Origin: Stegostoma tigrinum
Taxonomy: Eukaryota
Length of the DNA: 64,000 bases
Assembly (NCBI RefSeq): GCF_030684315.1
Contig: NC_081361.1
Location: 54,667,553-54,731,552, forward strand
Direction of reading: 5' to 3'
The notes under the pieces were generated by a model, which ran no database searches, had not been told where the DNA came from, and saw nothing but the letters and a program-made list of their open reading frames with translations. Below, piece by piece: positions 25,780 to 37,529 of the stretch. Within the stretch, counting starts at the first letter, position 1. Every line of letters begins with the position of its first letter. The position numbers and the translations under genes are program-made.

Positions 25780-25985
25780 AGAAATTTGAAGAGACTTAGC
25801 ATCTCTGGCAGCATCTGCGGAGAGGAGGAGAGTTAACGTTTCAAGTCCATTAGCCCTTCTTCAGAACTGCTAATATCCAAGATGAGTTTATGCTGATGAC
25901 AGGGTGAGGGAGAGGATGGAGAGTGGGGAGGAATCAGTGGATAGGTGGACACAGGGCCAGGAATAGAGAAAGGAAAAAGGTTAGC
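25780..25985 (-). mobile_element. PLE 3'-end fragment with hammerhead-like motif
   Basis: Minus strand agttCTGAAGAagggctaatggacttGAAACGTTaact near 25831-25868. Confidence 0.7.
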
Positions 25986-26770
25986 CATAGAATCATACAG
26001 CATAGCAATGGGCCCTTCTGCCCACCATGTCTTTGGTGACAAACAAAGCAAACATCCTCCCTCCCACACCCGCCAGACACTGTCAGGCAGCACCTTCCAT
26101 ATGTCTACCATTGTCTGTGTAAAAAAGATGCATCTCAGGTCTCCTCTAAACCATTTACTCCTTACCATTATCAAAGAAACAAAGAAACCCACAGCACAGG
26201 AACAGGCCCTTCGGCCCTCCAAGCCTGTGCCGATCTTAACATTAACTTATGCTCTCTGGTCTTAGACACATCTCTCATGGAGAAGAAATTCTCATGATGT
26301 ACTCTGTCTATTCCTCTCATAATTTTGTAAACCTCAATCACACCCCCGTCCCCTCCTCAGCCTCCTCCTCTCCAAGGAAAATAAAAACAGCCTATCCAGT
26401 CTCTCCTCATAACTGAGACTTCTTGGCACAGGCAACATTCTGGTGAAGATCTTCTGCACCCTCTCCAGTACAATTATATCCTTTGACAGTGTGGCAACCA
26501 GGATTGCACACAACATTCTATCTGTGGCCTAACCAATGTTTTATAAATTTGGCACAAGACTTCCTTGCTCCTATGTTCTACATCCTTGCTAATGAAGACA
26601 AACATCTTCACTACCTTGTTACCTGTGCTGACACCCTCAAGGATCTAAGGATGTGTGCACCAAGGTCCCTTTGTTCCTCATTACTCCCTAGAGATTTAAC
26701 ATTCAATGGGCATGACATTACCTTATTAGTCCTCTCATAATGCATTACTTCGCACTTATCATGATTAATC
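25985..26770 (-). mobile_element. CR1-type LINE fragments
   Basis: KDIIVLERVQKIFTRMLP...LSYEERLDRL and NEEQRDLGAHI in minus ORFs. Confidence 0.8.
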
Positions 26771-26820
26771 AGGCAAAGAGATTGTTTATCGCAACCCAAG
26801 GGAAAAGTTAGATAAATGAT

Positions 26821-26983
26821 TTTTATTCCAGTTCCCTCTCCCCATCCCCCTCTCTGATGAAGGGTCTAGGCCCGAAACGTCAGCTTTTGTGCTCCTGAGA
26901 TGCTGCTTGGCCTGCTGTGTTCATCCAGCCTCACATTTTATTATCTTGGAATTCTCCAGCATCTGCAGTTCCCATTATCTCTC
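26821..26983 (+). mobile_element. Young PLE terminal-repeat insertion with hammerhead motif (core 26854-26881)
   Basis: Near-identical to 7385-7545; perfect 13-bp TSD ttagataaatgat at 26808-26820 and 26984-26996. Confidence 0.9.
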
Positions 26984-27569
26984 TTAGATAAATGATAAGC
27001 TGGATAGGCGACATGAGTGGATGGAAATTGGTGAGATAGACATATAATGGGTTGTGTGCAGTTGTATTATATGGAATGTGTAGAGGAATGTAGGATAAAA
27101 GTGGCCATGCATAGCTGTTGAACTTCTGACAAGAATCTAACACAAAAATTTAAAATTAATTTCAATTTTTCAATCATATTTATGTGATGTTGACAACACA
27201 TAAAGTTGGCAGCACAGAAACAGGCCATTTGGCCCACTTTGTGCCATTGCTTATGTCATCTTTTTATCTTCTATTTTCTGGAGAAGTCTCAGTCTTCCAT
27301 CCTAAGCATGTGAATCGCATGTTTTCCAGTGTCTTTACATTTTTGCAATGTCGGGGGTTAAGACTGTAGGCTGTACTCCATGTTCAATGTTCAATGACTG
27401 AAACAATCGTTGTTGTAACAATGCACGTAAAAACTAAATTTTGTGCAACGACGTTTCATTTTCTCCCCCTCCAAATTGTTGACAATTCTTCTGTAATCCA
27501 AACGTGTTAAGTACACTGCAAACCAAAGTTAACCGGCACCCACCGCTTGGAGAAGCTGGAGTTGCGCTC

Positions 27570-27675
27570 TCTGTAATATTCCTGCGACCTGCAGGGGGCG
27601 ATGCGTTTGCAGGAGACGAAGGGCGTGACGACCCGCATTACGACAAGCCGTAAACTGATTTGTGAGGAGGGCAGG
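27570..27675 (+). promoter_or_regulatory. CZIB proximal promoter with CTCF-like site
   Basis: CpG-rich patch before the ATG; cctgcagggggcga at 27588-27601 preceded by tgtaatattc. Confidence 0.5.
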
Positions 27676-27681
27676 ATGGTG
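27676..27681 (+). CDS. CZIB: CZIB exon 1 (ATG GTG)
   Basis: aggATGGTG|GTGAGT; supplies MV in phase with exon 2. Confidence 0.8.
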
Positions 27682-27776
27682 GTGAGTGACGTAAAGAAGG
27701 TTTATTTTAAAAGTAGTTGTTGATGCTGTGATTGTGGGAGGTTCTTGATACTTATGTCACATTTACCTGTTTGCAG

Positions 27777-27860
27777 AAATTTGGGCTTCAGTTCAAAGCA
27801 ACTTTGGAAAATATTAGCAACGTGCGGCCGGAGGGAGATGATTTCCGCTGGTACCTGAAG
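27777..27860 (+). CDS. CZIB: CZIB (CXXC motif zinc-binding protein, C1orf123) exon 2
   Basis: ttgcAG|KFGLQFKATLENISNVRPEGDDFRWYLK|GT. Confidence 0.95.
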
Positions 27861-28357
27861 GTAGAGCAACTCTCAGTGTGGCTCTGTCACAGAAACAGGG
27901 ACTGACCCCCCTGCCGTGTGCACCCACCCCCAATCACCCTGCCGTGTGCACCCACCCGCAGCCGCCTTGTGCTGCTGTATACAAACTCATATTACTGTAC
28001 TCAAGGTCCCACAGCCCATCACACTGCTATACTCAACACAATGTTATGGTCAACTGAAACATCCATAATCTGTCATATCCCGCCCCCCGTCATGCTGCTG
28101 TGTTGCTATTCCACAGCCAGTCATGCTGCTGTAATGAAACCCCCAATAATCTGCTGCTCTGCTCAAGCCTCCACAACTCAATTCAAACTCAACACGCCAC
28201 AGATTAACTTTTCTCTTCAAACCACATAGTCTCACTTCCTACTGGAACTCCCAGAGATCATCCTTCTACTCACCTCAAAGCCCCATTATGCATAATACAG
28301 ATCTACTCAAACCCTTGCAGTTCATCATACTCTATTTAATCTCTCACCTCTCATCAT

Positions 28358-28562
28358 AGATAATAAAGTGTGAAGCTGGATGGACACAGCAGGCCAAGCA
28401 GCATCTCAGGAGCACAAAAGCTGACGTTTCGGGCCTAGGCCCTTCATCAGAGCCCGAAATGTCAGCTTTTGTGCTCCTGAGATGCTGCTTGGCCTGCTGT
28501 GTCCATCCAGCTTCACACTTTGTTATCTTGGATTCTCCAGCATCTGCAGTTCACATTATCTG
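28358..28562. mobile_element. PLE-derived hairpin element with hammerhead core on minus strand (28423-28450)
   Basis: Arms 28358-28434 and 28452-28528 are near-perfect reverse complements; 16-bp TSD tctcac(c/a)tctcatcat at 28342-28357 / 28563-28578. Confidence 0.9.
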
Positions 28563-28962
28563 TCTCACATCTCATCATTCTGATTTAGTCTGTCCCAGTG
28601 CATATCAAACTTGATGTCTTTTGTCTGACACCTTACAACTTTGTTCTTTCAATAGATACCACCAGATCTGCTGGATATTTACAACATTTTGTATTTTTAT
28701 TTCTGATTTTGTGAACCTCTTTTGTATTATGTGAAATGTAAGCCTGAAAGATCACTTAAAATAATTTATTTCCCAACACTAGTTGTCTTAGTAACCACTA
28801 CAATTCTTATAGCAATGTTGTTCCTACAGTGGTTTTATGTAAAGGCACAGACTTATCTAGGCTTGTCTTAGTCATAAACTACTGAATGGTACTTGTTCTA
28901 GCCATGGTGTAAACATTGCATCACTCAAACATTTAATTATTTTCTGTATTCTTTTATATTAG

Positions 28963-29019
28963 TTAAAATGTCAGAATTGTGGAGAATTGTCTGATAAGTG
29001 GCAGTATATCACATTAATG
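28963..29019 (+). CDS. CZIB: CZIB exon 3
   Basis: LKCQNCGELSDKWQYITLM (first CxxC); GTGAGT donor. Confidence 0.95.
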
Positions 29020-29239
29020 GTGAGTCCCTTTTTTATTCTTTTAGTGTCCATGAAACAATAAATTATGTAGCTTCACATCTTCCATGTATTTGGTCATCAG
29101 ACCATAATTGGCCAGCATGCTGTTAGAAAAGTTAATTCCAGATGAGATCCTCCCACCATCTATTTTATAAATTTTCAGCCTGCTACATTTAATAGTTTGA
29201 AAGGTGCCATATAAATACTAGTTGTTTTGTTTTATACAG

Positions 29240-29321
29240 AGCAGTGTTCCACTCAAAGGTGGGAGAGGAAGTGCCAGTATGATACAGAAGTGCAAACTGT
29301 GTTCAAGAGAGAACTCCATTG
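29240..29321 (+). CDS. CZIB: CZIB exon 4
   Basis: SSVPLKGGRGSASMIQKCKLCSRENSI (second CxxC). Confidence 0.95.
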
Positions 29322-29474
29322 GTAGGTGATTTAGAGAGGAATCTGAGTCTATTTTAGTTATTAATGTTGTTTTCATTACACTGTATTTTCTTGATATTTT
29401 TTCACATTTTTAAAAGCATCCTCTTGGTAAGAGGTTAATTTTAACAATAGCAACAACTATAAAAGGAGTTCTTT

Positions 29475-29880
29475 AGAATATAGAACAGTACAGCACAGTA
29501 CAGGCCCTTCGGCCCACAATGTTGTGCTGAACTTTTACCCTAAGGTCTATCTAGCCTCCGGCCCTACAATATACTACCTTATATCCCCTTGTAATAGCTA
29601 CCTTCACCCTACGAAAAAGTCTCTGCCTGTCTACTCTTATCTATACCTCTGTCATTTTTGTACACCTCTGTCAAGTCACGTCTCATCCTTCATCATTCTA
29701 AAGAGAAAAGCCCTAGCGCTCTCAAACTTTCCTTGTAAGACCTTCCCTCCATTCCAGGCAACACCCTGGTAAACCTCCTCTGCACCTTTTCTAATGCTTC
29801 CACATCTTTCCTGTAATAGGCGACCAGAACTAGACACAATACTCCAGATGTGGCCGAATCAGGCTTTTGTATGGCTAAAT
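29475..29880 (-). mobile_element. CR1-type LINE 3' fragment
   Basis: agaacagtacagcacagtacaggcccttcggccc tail and reverse of LEYCV.FWSP. Confidence 0.75.
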
Positions 29881-30009
29881 ATTATAACTTTAATATTTTG
29901 CAAATGTGTGAAAGTTTCATACTTCTCTGTTTTCACTTTGCGTTATCAGTTTGAGAACGCTGCCGAACTTGCAGAGTAGTACTTTAATGCTTTTTCATAA
30001 CATTTTTCT

Positions 30010-30360
30010 GCTGGGGAACAGCTGCCTTATTTTTCACCAACTTGCCCATCCAAAGTTGGTGAGTGAGTGGCTTGCTAGGCCATTTGAAAGGTCAGTTAAG
30101 AGTCAACTGCATTGGTTTTGGGTCTGGATTCAAACCAGGTGAGGATGGTGGATTTTCTTCCTTGAAGGACATTGAAGCCAGTTGGGTTTTTCCTCAGCAG
30201 TGGCTTCATGGTCATCAGTAGGATCTTAATTACAGATTTTTGTTTTAATTTAATTCAAATTCCATCATCTGTCATAGCTGGATTTTAACTTAGGTTCCCA
30301 GACGTTTAGCTGAGTTTTTGGTTTTTAGCGATAGTACCACTAGACCATTGGCTCCCCTAT
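30010..30360 (-). mobile_element. tRNA-derived SINE with L2-like tail
   Basis: Reverse-complement match to 30520-30835 and 51125-51470. Confidence 0.7.
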
Positions 30361-30517
30361 TAGGAGCAGTTCTACATGAGGTGACAGTAATCGTGTTTTG
30401 AAATCATTTGTTTTGCAAAGTGAAGTCAGAGTACAGGCACAAGCAATGAAACAACTAGCAGTGTATAAAGTTGTGAAGATTTGATTATTTAAAGTTGCAA
30501 CCATAATAAGGTAGAAA

Positions 30518-30835
30518 GTGATGGCCTAATGGTATAATTGCTGGACTGTTAATCCAGACACCTAGGTAATGTGCTAGAGACCTGGGGTCGAATCCCACCG
30601 TGGCAGATGGTGGAATTTGAATTCAATAATAATCTGGAATTAAGAGTCTAATGATGGCCATGAAACCATTGCTGATTGTCAGGAAAATCCCGTCTGGTTC
30701 ACTCATGTCCTTTTGGGAAGGCAGTCTGGCAACATGTGATTCCAGACCCACAGCAACTGCCCTCTGGGCAATTAGGGATAGACAATAAATACTGGTCCAG
30801 CCCATGAGGCCCACATCTAATGAATGAATAAAAAA
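30518..30835 (+). mobile_element. tRNA-derived SINE with L2-like tail
   Basis: tggcctaatggta...ggggtcgaatccc A/B boxes; 3' gggcaattagggatagacaataaat...cccacatc. Confidence 0.8.
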
Positions 30836-31204
30836 ATTAAGTATTTGGCAGCACCTTACAGTTAGGGCCGGATTGTATAAGTTTTTCGTCCATTTAATCC
30901 ATAACAGTGGGGTTAGCCTCCCTATGACCTAAAGTTATCAGTGATGTCCCATGCTTAACCTCAGAGGGTGTTATGAAGATCTGTATTTCAAAATCCATAA
31001 ATTATTTGTATTGCTACAAGAAATGAAGTGTCTTATAGTTGGTTAAAAATGATTTGAGAAAAAGTACTAATTTTGATACGCTGCTCACAGAAATGTGAGA
31101 ACTATGAGTTACGTATAATTTTCTGCAATGCCTGGCTGCTAGGTAACAAGTAATCTTTTAAGTTATTTTTATGGAAAATACTCGATGTTATACTATTTTT
31201 AGTC

Positions 31205-31995
31205 ATCGTCATAGAGCATGGAAAAGACCCTTTGGTCCAGCTCATCCATGTGGACCAGATATCCTAGATAAATCTATTCCTGTTTGCCAGCATTTGGCCT
31301 ATATCCCTCTGAACCCTTCCTATTCATATACCCATCCAGATGTCTTTTAAATGTTGTAATTGTACCAGCCTCCACCACTGTCTCTGGCAACTCATTTCCA
31401 TACACACACTACCCTCCTGTGTGACAAAGTTGTCCCTTGGGTCCCTTTTAAATCTTTTCCCTCTTGCATTAAACCTATGCCCTCTAGTTTTGGAGTCCCC
31501 CACCCTGGGGAAAGACCTTGACTACTTACCCTATCCATGCCCCTCATAACTTTTGTAAACCTCTTCAAGGTCACCCGTCAGCCTCTCACGCTCCAGAGAA
31601 AAAAAGCCCTGGTCTATCCAGCCTCTCCCTATAGGTCAAACCCTTCAACCCTGGCAACATCATTGTAAATCTTTTCTGAACCATTTCAAGTTTCACAGCA
31701 TCCTTCCTATAACAGGGAGACCAGAATTGCACACAGTATTCCAATAGTGGCCTAACCAATGTCCTGTACAGCCTCAACATGACCTCCCAACTCCTATACT
31801 CAATGCACTGACCAATAAAGGCAAGCGTGCCAAATTCTTTCTCACTATCCTGTTGATCTGGGACTGCACCTTTGAAGAACTATTAACGTGCACTCCAAGG
31901 TCTGTTTGTTCAGTGACACTCCCCAGGACCTTACCATTAAGTGTGTAAGTCTTGCCCTGATTTGCCTTCCCAAAATACGGCACCTCACATTTGTG
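31205..31995 (-). mobile_element. CR1-type LINE 3' portion
   Basis: LRLYRTLVRPLLEYCVQFWSPCYRKDAVKLEMVQKRFT in minus ORF 31586..31780. Confidence 0.9.
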
Positions 31996-32619
31996 GAAAC
32001 AGCAAATTTCAATATACACCGTGAGCTGCCCTCAGCATCCATTTCAGGTATGATACTAGTTGCTGTGAAGGAGATTTCCTTGATGAGCACATTCAGTTGA
32101 GTGTTTAACAGAATTCTTACCCTTTCAATAAGCCACAATATTCTGAGACAGAATAAGATTGCTCATGAGCACTGTACTATTTAACCCTGATCCAATGTAT
32201 CATCTCCAGCATAAAGACTGTTATTTCCACTTTGCATTATTACCTTTGTCTCAGTGCACTTTATGCTAAACCTGTCAACTCTGCTTTGCTATGTGATGAT
32301 TTTTTTTTAGTGGTGACTAACTTGTATTTACTTGAGTTCTAGTGAGCATCCTGGCAATGATGAGCAATAGCTCAGAGCAGGATGATGTTCAGGCCTCACC
32401 TCTGCAGTTATTCTGGCAGTCACAATAGCACGAACCAGACTATCAAGTATGCAGTTTGGTAATTGTTAATTTAAAATCTATTGCTGCAGCTTCTCATAGT
32501 CATCCTTCAGTTGAAGTAAAACACTAATTATCCTGAACAAAAAGCAAAAAGCTCCACTAACTATATATATTGGCCACTATTTAGTTCAAATATTTGAAGC
32601 AACAGAATTTATCTAGCAG

Positions 32620-32783
32620 AGATAGTGGGAACTGCATTTGCTGGAGAATCTGAGATAACAAGATGCAGAACTAGATGAACACAGCAGGCCAAGCCGCATC
32701 AGAGGATCCCGAAATGTCAGCTTTCCTGCTCCTCTGATGCTGCTTGGCCTGCTGTGTTCATCCAGCTCTGCACCTTGTTATCT
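32620..32783. mobile_element. PLE-derived hairpin element
   Basis: Inverted arms; TSD cagaat(t)tatctagcag at 32603-32619 / 32784-32799. Confidence 0.85.
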
Positions 32784-32959
32784 CAGAATTATCTAGCAGT
32801 TCTGATATTTATCATTAATGTTATAGCTATTATGGCATGTAGTTGACCTTTAAGCAATTGTTGATTTGACAGTTTCAACTGTAGTGATTAAAATATTATT
32901 TTTATTTGAATGTTAACACAGTTTAAATTCTTAATGTGTGGTTTTGCATTGGTTTTCAG

Positions 32960-32991
32960 ATATTCTGAAGGATACCATCAAACCTTACAAT
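32960..32991 (+). CDS. CZIB: CZIB exon 5
   Basis: ttcAG|(D)ILKDTIKPYN|GTAAGT. Confidence 0.93.
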
Positions 32992-33188
32992 GTAAGTTGC
33001 CTTATGAAGTGTTACCTGTTCTGTGCTATGGTAAACTTGCTTTATTTAGTAGGTAATTGATCCATTCGTTCATCTGCAGTATTTGTGAAAAGATTTTTTA
33101 CATACAAGTAGAATCAAGCAAATTTATTTATTTACAGAAGGCTACTGCAAATGCAGTGTTAATCATGCTGTATTTCTTTTATACCAAG

Positions 33189-33266
33189 GCTGATGACAGT
33201 GAAAAGTTTAAAACTATAGTACACTTTGAGTGTCGAGGCTTAGAACCAGTGGACTTTCAACCACAA
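33189..33266 (+). CDS. CZIB: CZIB exon 6
   Basis: ADDSEKFKTIVHFECRGLEPVDFQPQ|GTAAGT. Confidence 0.95.
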
Positions 33267-33307
33267 GTAAGTAAGATACAACTTTGTCAATCTAGACTAT
33301 TGCATTC

Positions 33308-33711
33308 AGAGATAGTAGGAACTGCAGCTGCTGTAGAATCTGAGATAACAAGGTGTAGAGCTGGATGAACACAGCAGGCTGAGCAGCATCAGAGGAGCAG
33401 GAAGGCTGTTTTGGGCCTAGACCCTTCTTCAGAAATGGGGGGAGGGTAAGGGGGTTCAGAAGTAAATAGGGAGGGGAGGGTGCAGATAGAAGATGGATAA
33501 TTATTGCATTATAATAAAATGTGAGGCTGGATGAACACAGCAGGCCAAGCAGCATCTCAGGAGCACAAAAGCTGACGTTTCGAGCCTAGAAGGCTCTAGG
33601 CCCGAAACGTCAGCTTTTGTGCTCCTGAGATGCTGCTTGGCCTGCTGTGTTCATCCAGCCTCACATTTTATTATCTTGGAATTCTCCAGCATCTGCAGTT
33701 CCCATTATCTC
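33308..33711. mobile_element. Two stacked PLE-derived insertions (33308-33497 minus arm; 33513-33711 hairpin)
   Basis: Second copy has 15-bp TSD taattattgcattat (33498-33512 / 33712-33726); tattgcatt also precedes the first copy. Confidence 0.85.
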
Positions 33712-34129
33712 TAATTATTGCATTATTCTGTTTTATTAAATTTTGGACATTCCCATGTTACAAACCAATTTATCTCCTTTTCCCTGCAGTTATTTCACTG
33801 CCATTCTGCATTAAACTTCTCCCTTTCCTGGGTAAACTCCCCTTCCATATTCATGGACAAACCCTCACCCACAATCCTGTCATTTCTCATGGTAGGCCTA
33901 CTTCCATGGGCTCAATTTCCTTGCTGTAGTCACCACCCACACTCTTCCAAAACCTTGCAACCTGCAGTTTTTAAATTCTAACTTTGTTATCACATTTGCC
34001 GTAATATCTCTGCAGCTATTGTTTTTTTCTTCGCCCATTCTTCACATCTGTTCTGAGACATTTTCCGAGCAAAACCCTCTTTTATCCAAACCAATAGCTG
34101 AGGATATTGAAAGAAATGAGATTGTAATT

Positions 34130-36050
34130 TACAAAGGCAACAACCTTTAAATTTTCCCTGGACTCAGGGTAGTGCTGGAGGACAGGAGAGTTGCAAATGT
34201 AACACAGTTACTACAAGAGTGTTGTACAGATAAGCCCAGTAATTACAGACCAGTCAGTTTAACTTCAGTGGTGTGGACATTCTTGAAACTATTATTCAGA
34301 ATAGATTGAATGAACATATGGAAAAACGTGGGTAAGTTAGGAAGAAAGAAAATGGAGTTCTTCAGGGAAAATCATATTTATCTAACTTACTGGAGTTTTT
34401 TTTAAAGAATTAGCAAGTACAGTTGTGGATTGTTGATTTGTTGTGCATAAACTGCAAAAAGTGTTGATATTGAATTATGTAATAAATTTAGGAGCAACAT
34501 TACTGCTCGAATAAATGGAATTGTTGCAACATGAATACAAGTTAGCTGAGGAATAAGAAACAAAGGGTAATTGTAAAGATGTTTTTTGGGCTGAAGGTTT
34601 GTAATGGAGCTCCGCAAGGATCAAATTCAAAACTATACTTTATCAGATATGTATTAATGATCTAGATCTTTGTGACGGGGGAATTTTCAAATTTACAGAT
34701 GATCCAAAAGTGTAAAGAGGACAGTGTAAAACTCTTAAAGGACATTGACAAATTTGTAGAGTAGGCAGATAGATGACAAATGATGTTCGATGCAGAGAAG
34801 TATGAGGTGATACATTTTGTTAGAAAGAACATGGAAATCAAATAAATAGCATTACCCCAGTGTGCAAGACCAGAGGGATCTGGTGGTATATGTACATAAG
34901 TCACTAAAGGTTGCAGGACAGGTTGAGCAAGCAGATAATATATACAGGCTAGCAAAATTCAGTAAGTCTGGTAGCATCTGTAGAGGGTAGCAGAGTCACC
35001 ATTTCAAGTTCATTATGACTCTTAGAGTCATAGAATCATATGGCACGGAAACATACCCTTTGGTTCAGCCAGTCCATGCCAAACATAATCCCAAACTAAA
35101 CTAATCCCACCTGCAAGCTCCTGGCCTATAGCCCTCCAAACTCATCCTATTCATGTACCTATCAAAATGTCTTTTAGACGATGTAATTGTACCTGTATCC
35201 ATCACTTCCTCAGGAATTTCATTCCACAAATGAACCACCCTCTGTGTAAAATAAAAAGGACCTCTCATGTCTTTTCTAAATCTCTCTCCTTTCACCTTAA
35301 AAATGTCCCATATAGCCTGCCATTTAGCCAGTTGTGTATCCAATTGGCAAGCTCACCCTGAATCTCATGTGACCTAACTTTACTAAGTAGTCTTTGAAAC
35401 TAAAAGGTGTTATACTGAGCTCAAAACATTAACACTGTTTCTGTCTCCAGCTGCTGCCAAACATGCTATTACAGATTTCCAACATCTGCAGTATTTTGAT
35501 TTCAATACATGCAGTGTCTTCAGCTTTATTTAGACGGGCATAAAATACAGGAACATGCATTCCATGCAGTTGTGGTTGCATTATTGTAAAGGAGTTTTGA
35601 GGCACTGAAAAGGATGCAGAATAGATTTACAAGGCTGGTAATTGAAATGCCTAAGCATGCATATCAAAAATGAAGAGGTTGCGTCTCTTTTCTCGAAAGA
35701 TGACATGGTGAAGTTGAAAGGTTTTTAAATTATGGAATATTTTGTTGCAAGGCATATTGAGAGAATACTACCACTCGAGGAAGAATATAACCTGAGACTA
35801 TTAGTGTGAAGAAGTCATTAAGAAATCCAAAAGAAAATTCAAAAATAACTACGCATTTGGAGAGTGGTGAGAATGGAACTCTCCATTACAGAAAATGGTT
35901 GAAGCAAACAGAATAGATACTAGTATGGGGAAGTTAGATCAGCAGTTTAGTGTGAAGGGAACAAAGGGTTACACTGATATTGGATGAGGAAGGAGTGGGG
36001 AGGCTTGAGTGGAAGGCTTGGCTGAATGGTCTGTTACATTATATCCTATG
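34130..36050. mobile_element. Cluster of CR1-type LINE fragments (old + strand copy interrupted by a PLE arm and a younger - strand copy about 35025-35390)
   Basis: NYRPVSLTSVV-like segment near 34240; minus ORF 35101..35343 FKVKGERFRKDMRG..FTQRVVHLWNEIPEEV. Confidence 0.7.
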
Positions 36051-36464
36051 TATTGTAAGATTTTGATTAGAAATTTTAAGATGGCGCATTCTTTTCCTTC
36101 CTACTTTTTGCTTTGTGCCTGATTTGCCATGACATGAAATATTCTGACTTACAATGCATGGTTCAAACTCTATGCTCCTGATTCATGATTCTTCAATCTT
36201 GTTGGTTAGGAGATACATTGACTTGCCCTAAATCCCTTGGAGAGAATGCTGCACCAGAATGCCGCTTTTGTCATAAAATTCCCAATACAAAATTTGCAAG
36301 TGAGTCAACAGGCGGGTATAAATGTAATAAATGACTGGTATGGTGAGCATAAAAGCTGTCTCACTGATGTGCATCATTTTCCCCAGTAAAGTAAAAGCTG
36401 AAAGTTCAGTCACTGTAATGAAGTGTTGTTCAGCTGTTAACTGAAGTTAATCCTCTGTTTTTAG

Positions 36465-36530
36465 GCTGGATTTGCTGCAGAAGGGACAGAGTCTGGAACA
36501 AAATTTAGTGAGATCAACCTGCTGGAAAAG
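36465..36530 (+). CDS. CZIB: CZIB exon 7
   Basis: AGFAAEGTESGTKFSEINLLEK|GTGAGC. Confidence 0.95.
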
Positions 36531-36589
36531 GTGAGCTAGCTGCACACTGTTTAGGAGCTAGACTTTATTAAAAAGTTGGGCTAGACCCT

Positions 36590-36975
36590 TGGCATGCGAC
36601 TCTTATACCTAGCATATTATTCCAGTCATTTGGTTTGTCTCCAGCACATGTTATTTTTCTTTTCTTTTGTAATTATCTCTCTGCCTCAAGTAATCAGATC
36701 ATAGGCCATCCTGTCACTTGTTATTCAACTGTTGACACTTTACTCATACCATCTGACACTTTTAGTCATCTGCAGAGACCTATTATTTGGCCTGTTGACA
36801 CTTCACTTACACCGTTTGTATCATCTTTTGATCTCCCTGAATATAAAGTTTGTGCCTGGGTGTTCTCTTCACTTCACCAGATGAAAGGGCAGTGCCCCAA
36901 AAGCTTGTGCTTTCACATAAACCTGTTGGACTATAAGCTGGTATCATGTATCAACACTAGCACCTCCACATCATG
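36590..36975 (+). mobile_element. Second PLE-like family 3' end with decayed hammerhead-like motif
   Basis: cacCAGATGAaagggcagtgccccAAAAGCTTgtg at 36875-36909, then ataaacctgttggactataa; family assignment inferred from the motif. Confidence 0.5.
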
Positions 36976-37050
36976 ATGAAAAGTAGAACAAGTATAAACT
37001 GGATTTGCTAAACAATTACCTTAAATAACTTCTGGCTTTATTTTGGTCAG

Positions 37051-37128
37051 GATTGGAATGATTATGATGAGAAAATTAAGGAATCTGTGGGAATCTATGA
37101 AGTCACTCATCAATTTGTTAAAATTTGA
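37051..37128 (+). CDS. CZIB: CZIB exon 8 (terminal)
   Basis: DWNDYDEKIKESVGIYEVTHQFVKI*; spliced CDS 483 nt = 160 aa. Confidence 0.95.
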   Translation, partial: DWNDYDEKIKESVGIYEVTHQFVKI

Positions 37129-37280
37129 ACTGGACTCTGATGGATGTTTGCTGGCTAAAGATTCTGACATACACTAAAAAGAACTAAGGCAGAGAAGCAA
37201 ATACGTCAGATTTCATCTGGCATATGCTTGCCAGTGAGTCAGTTCACCACCTTCTATCAAGCCAAAGTTTAATTACGTTT

Positions 37281-37286
37281 AATAAA
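37281..37286 (+). terminator. Candidate CZIB polyadenylation signal (second at 37426-37431)
   Basis: AATAAA hexamers downstream of the stop. Confidence 0.45.
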
Positions 37287-37529
37287 AATTATCACTGACC
37301 AGTTGAAACAGCATGTACGTAATGTCATCCTTCCTGTCATCCTATGGAGGATATCTTCATGCTTCTAGCTCTGCAGCATTGAGGTTACCAGCAGCATGCC
37401 TGCAGCATTTTTCCAGGAGTCAACAAATAAACCTTGCCGCAACCAAGTGTTAAGATAATTTCGGTATTTACTTTATTGCCATCTTTTGTTTATTTTTGTT
37501 CATTCATGTGTATCATGTTGACACACGTA

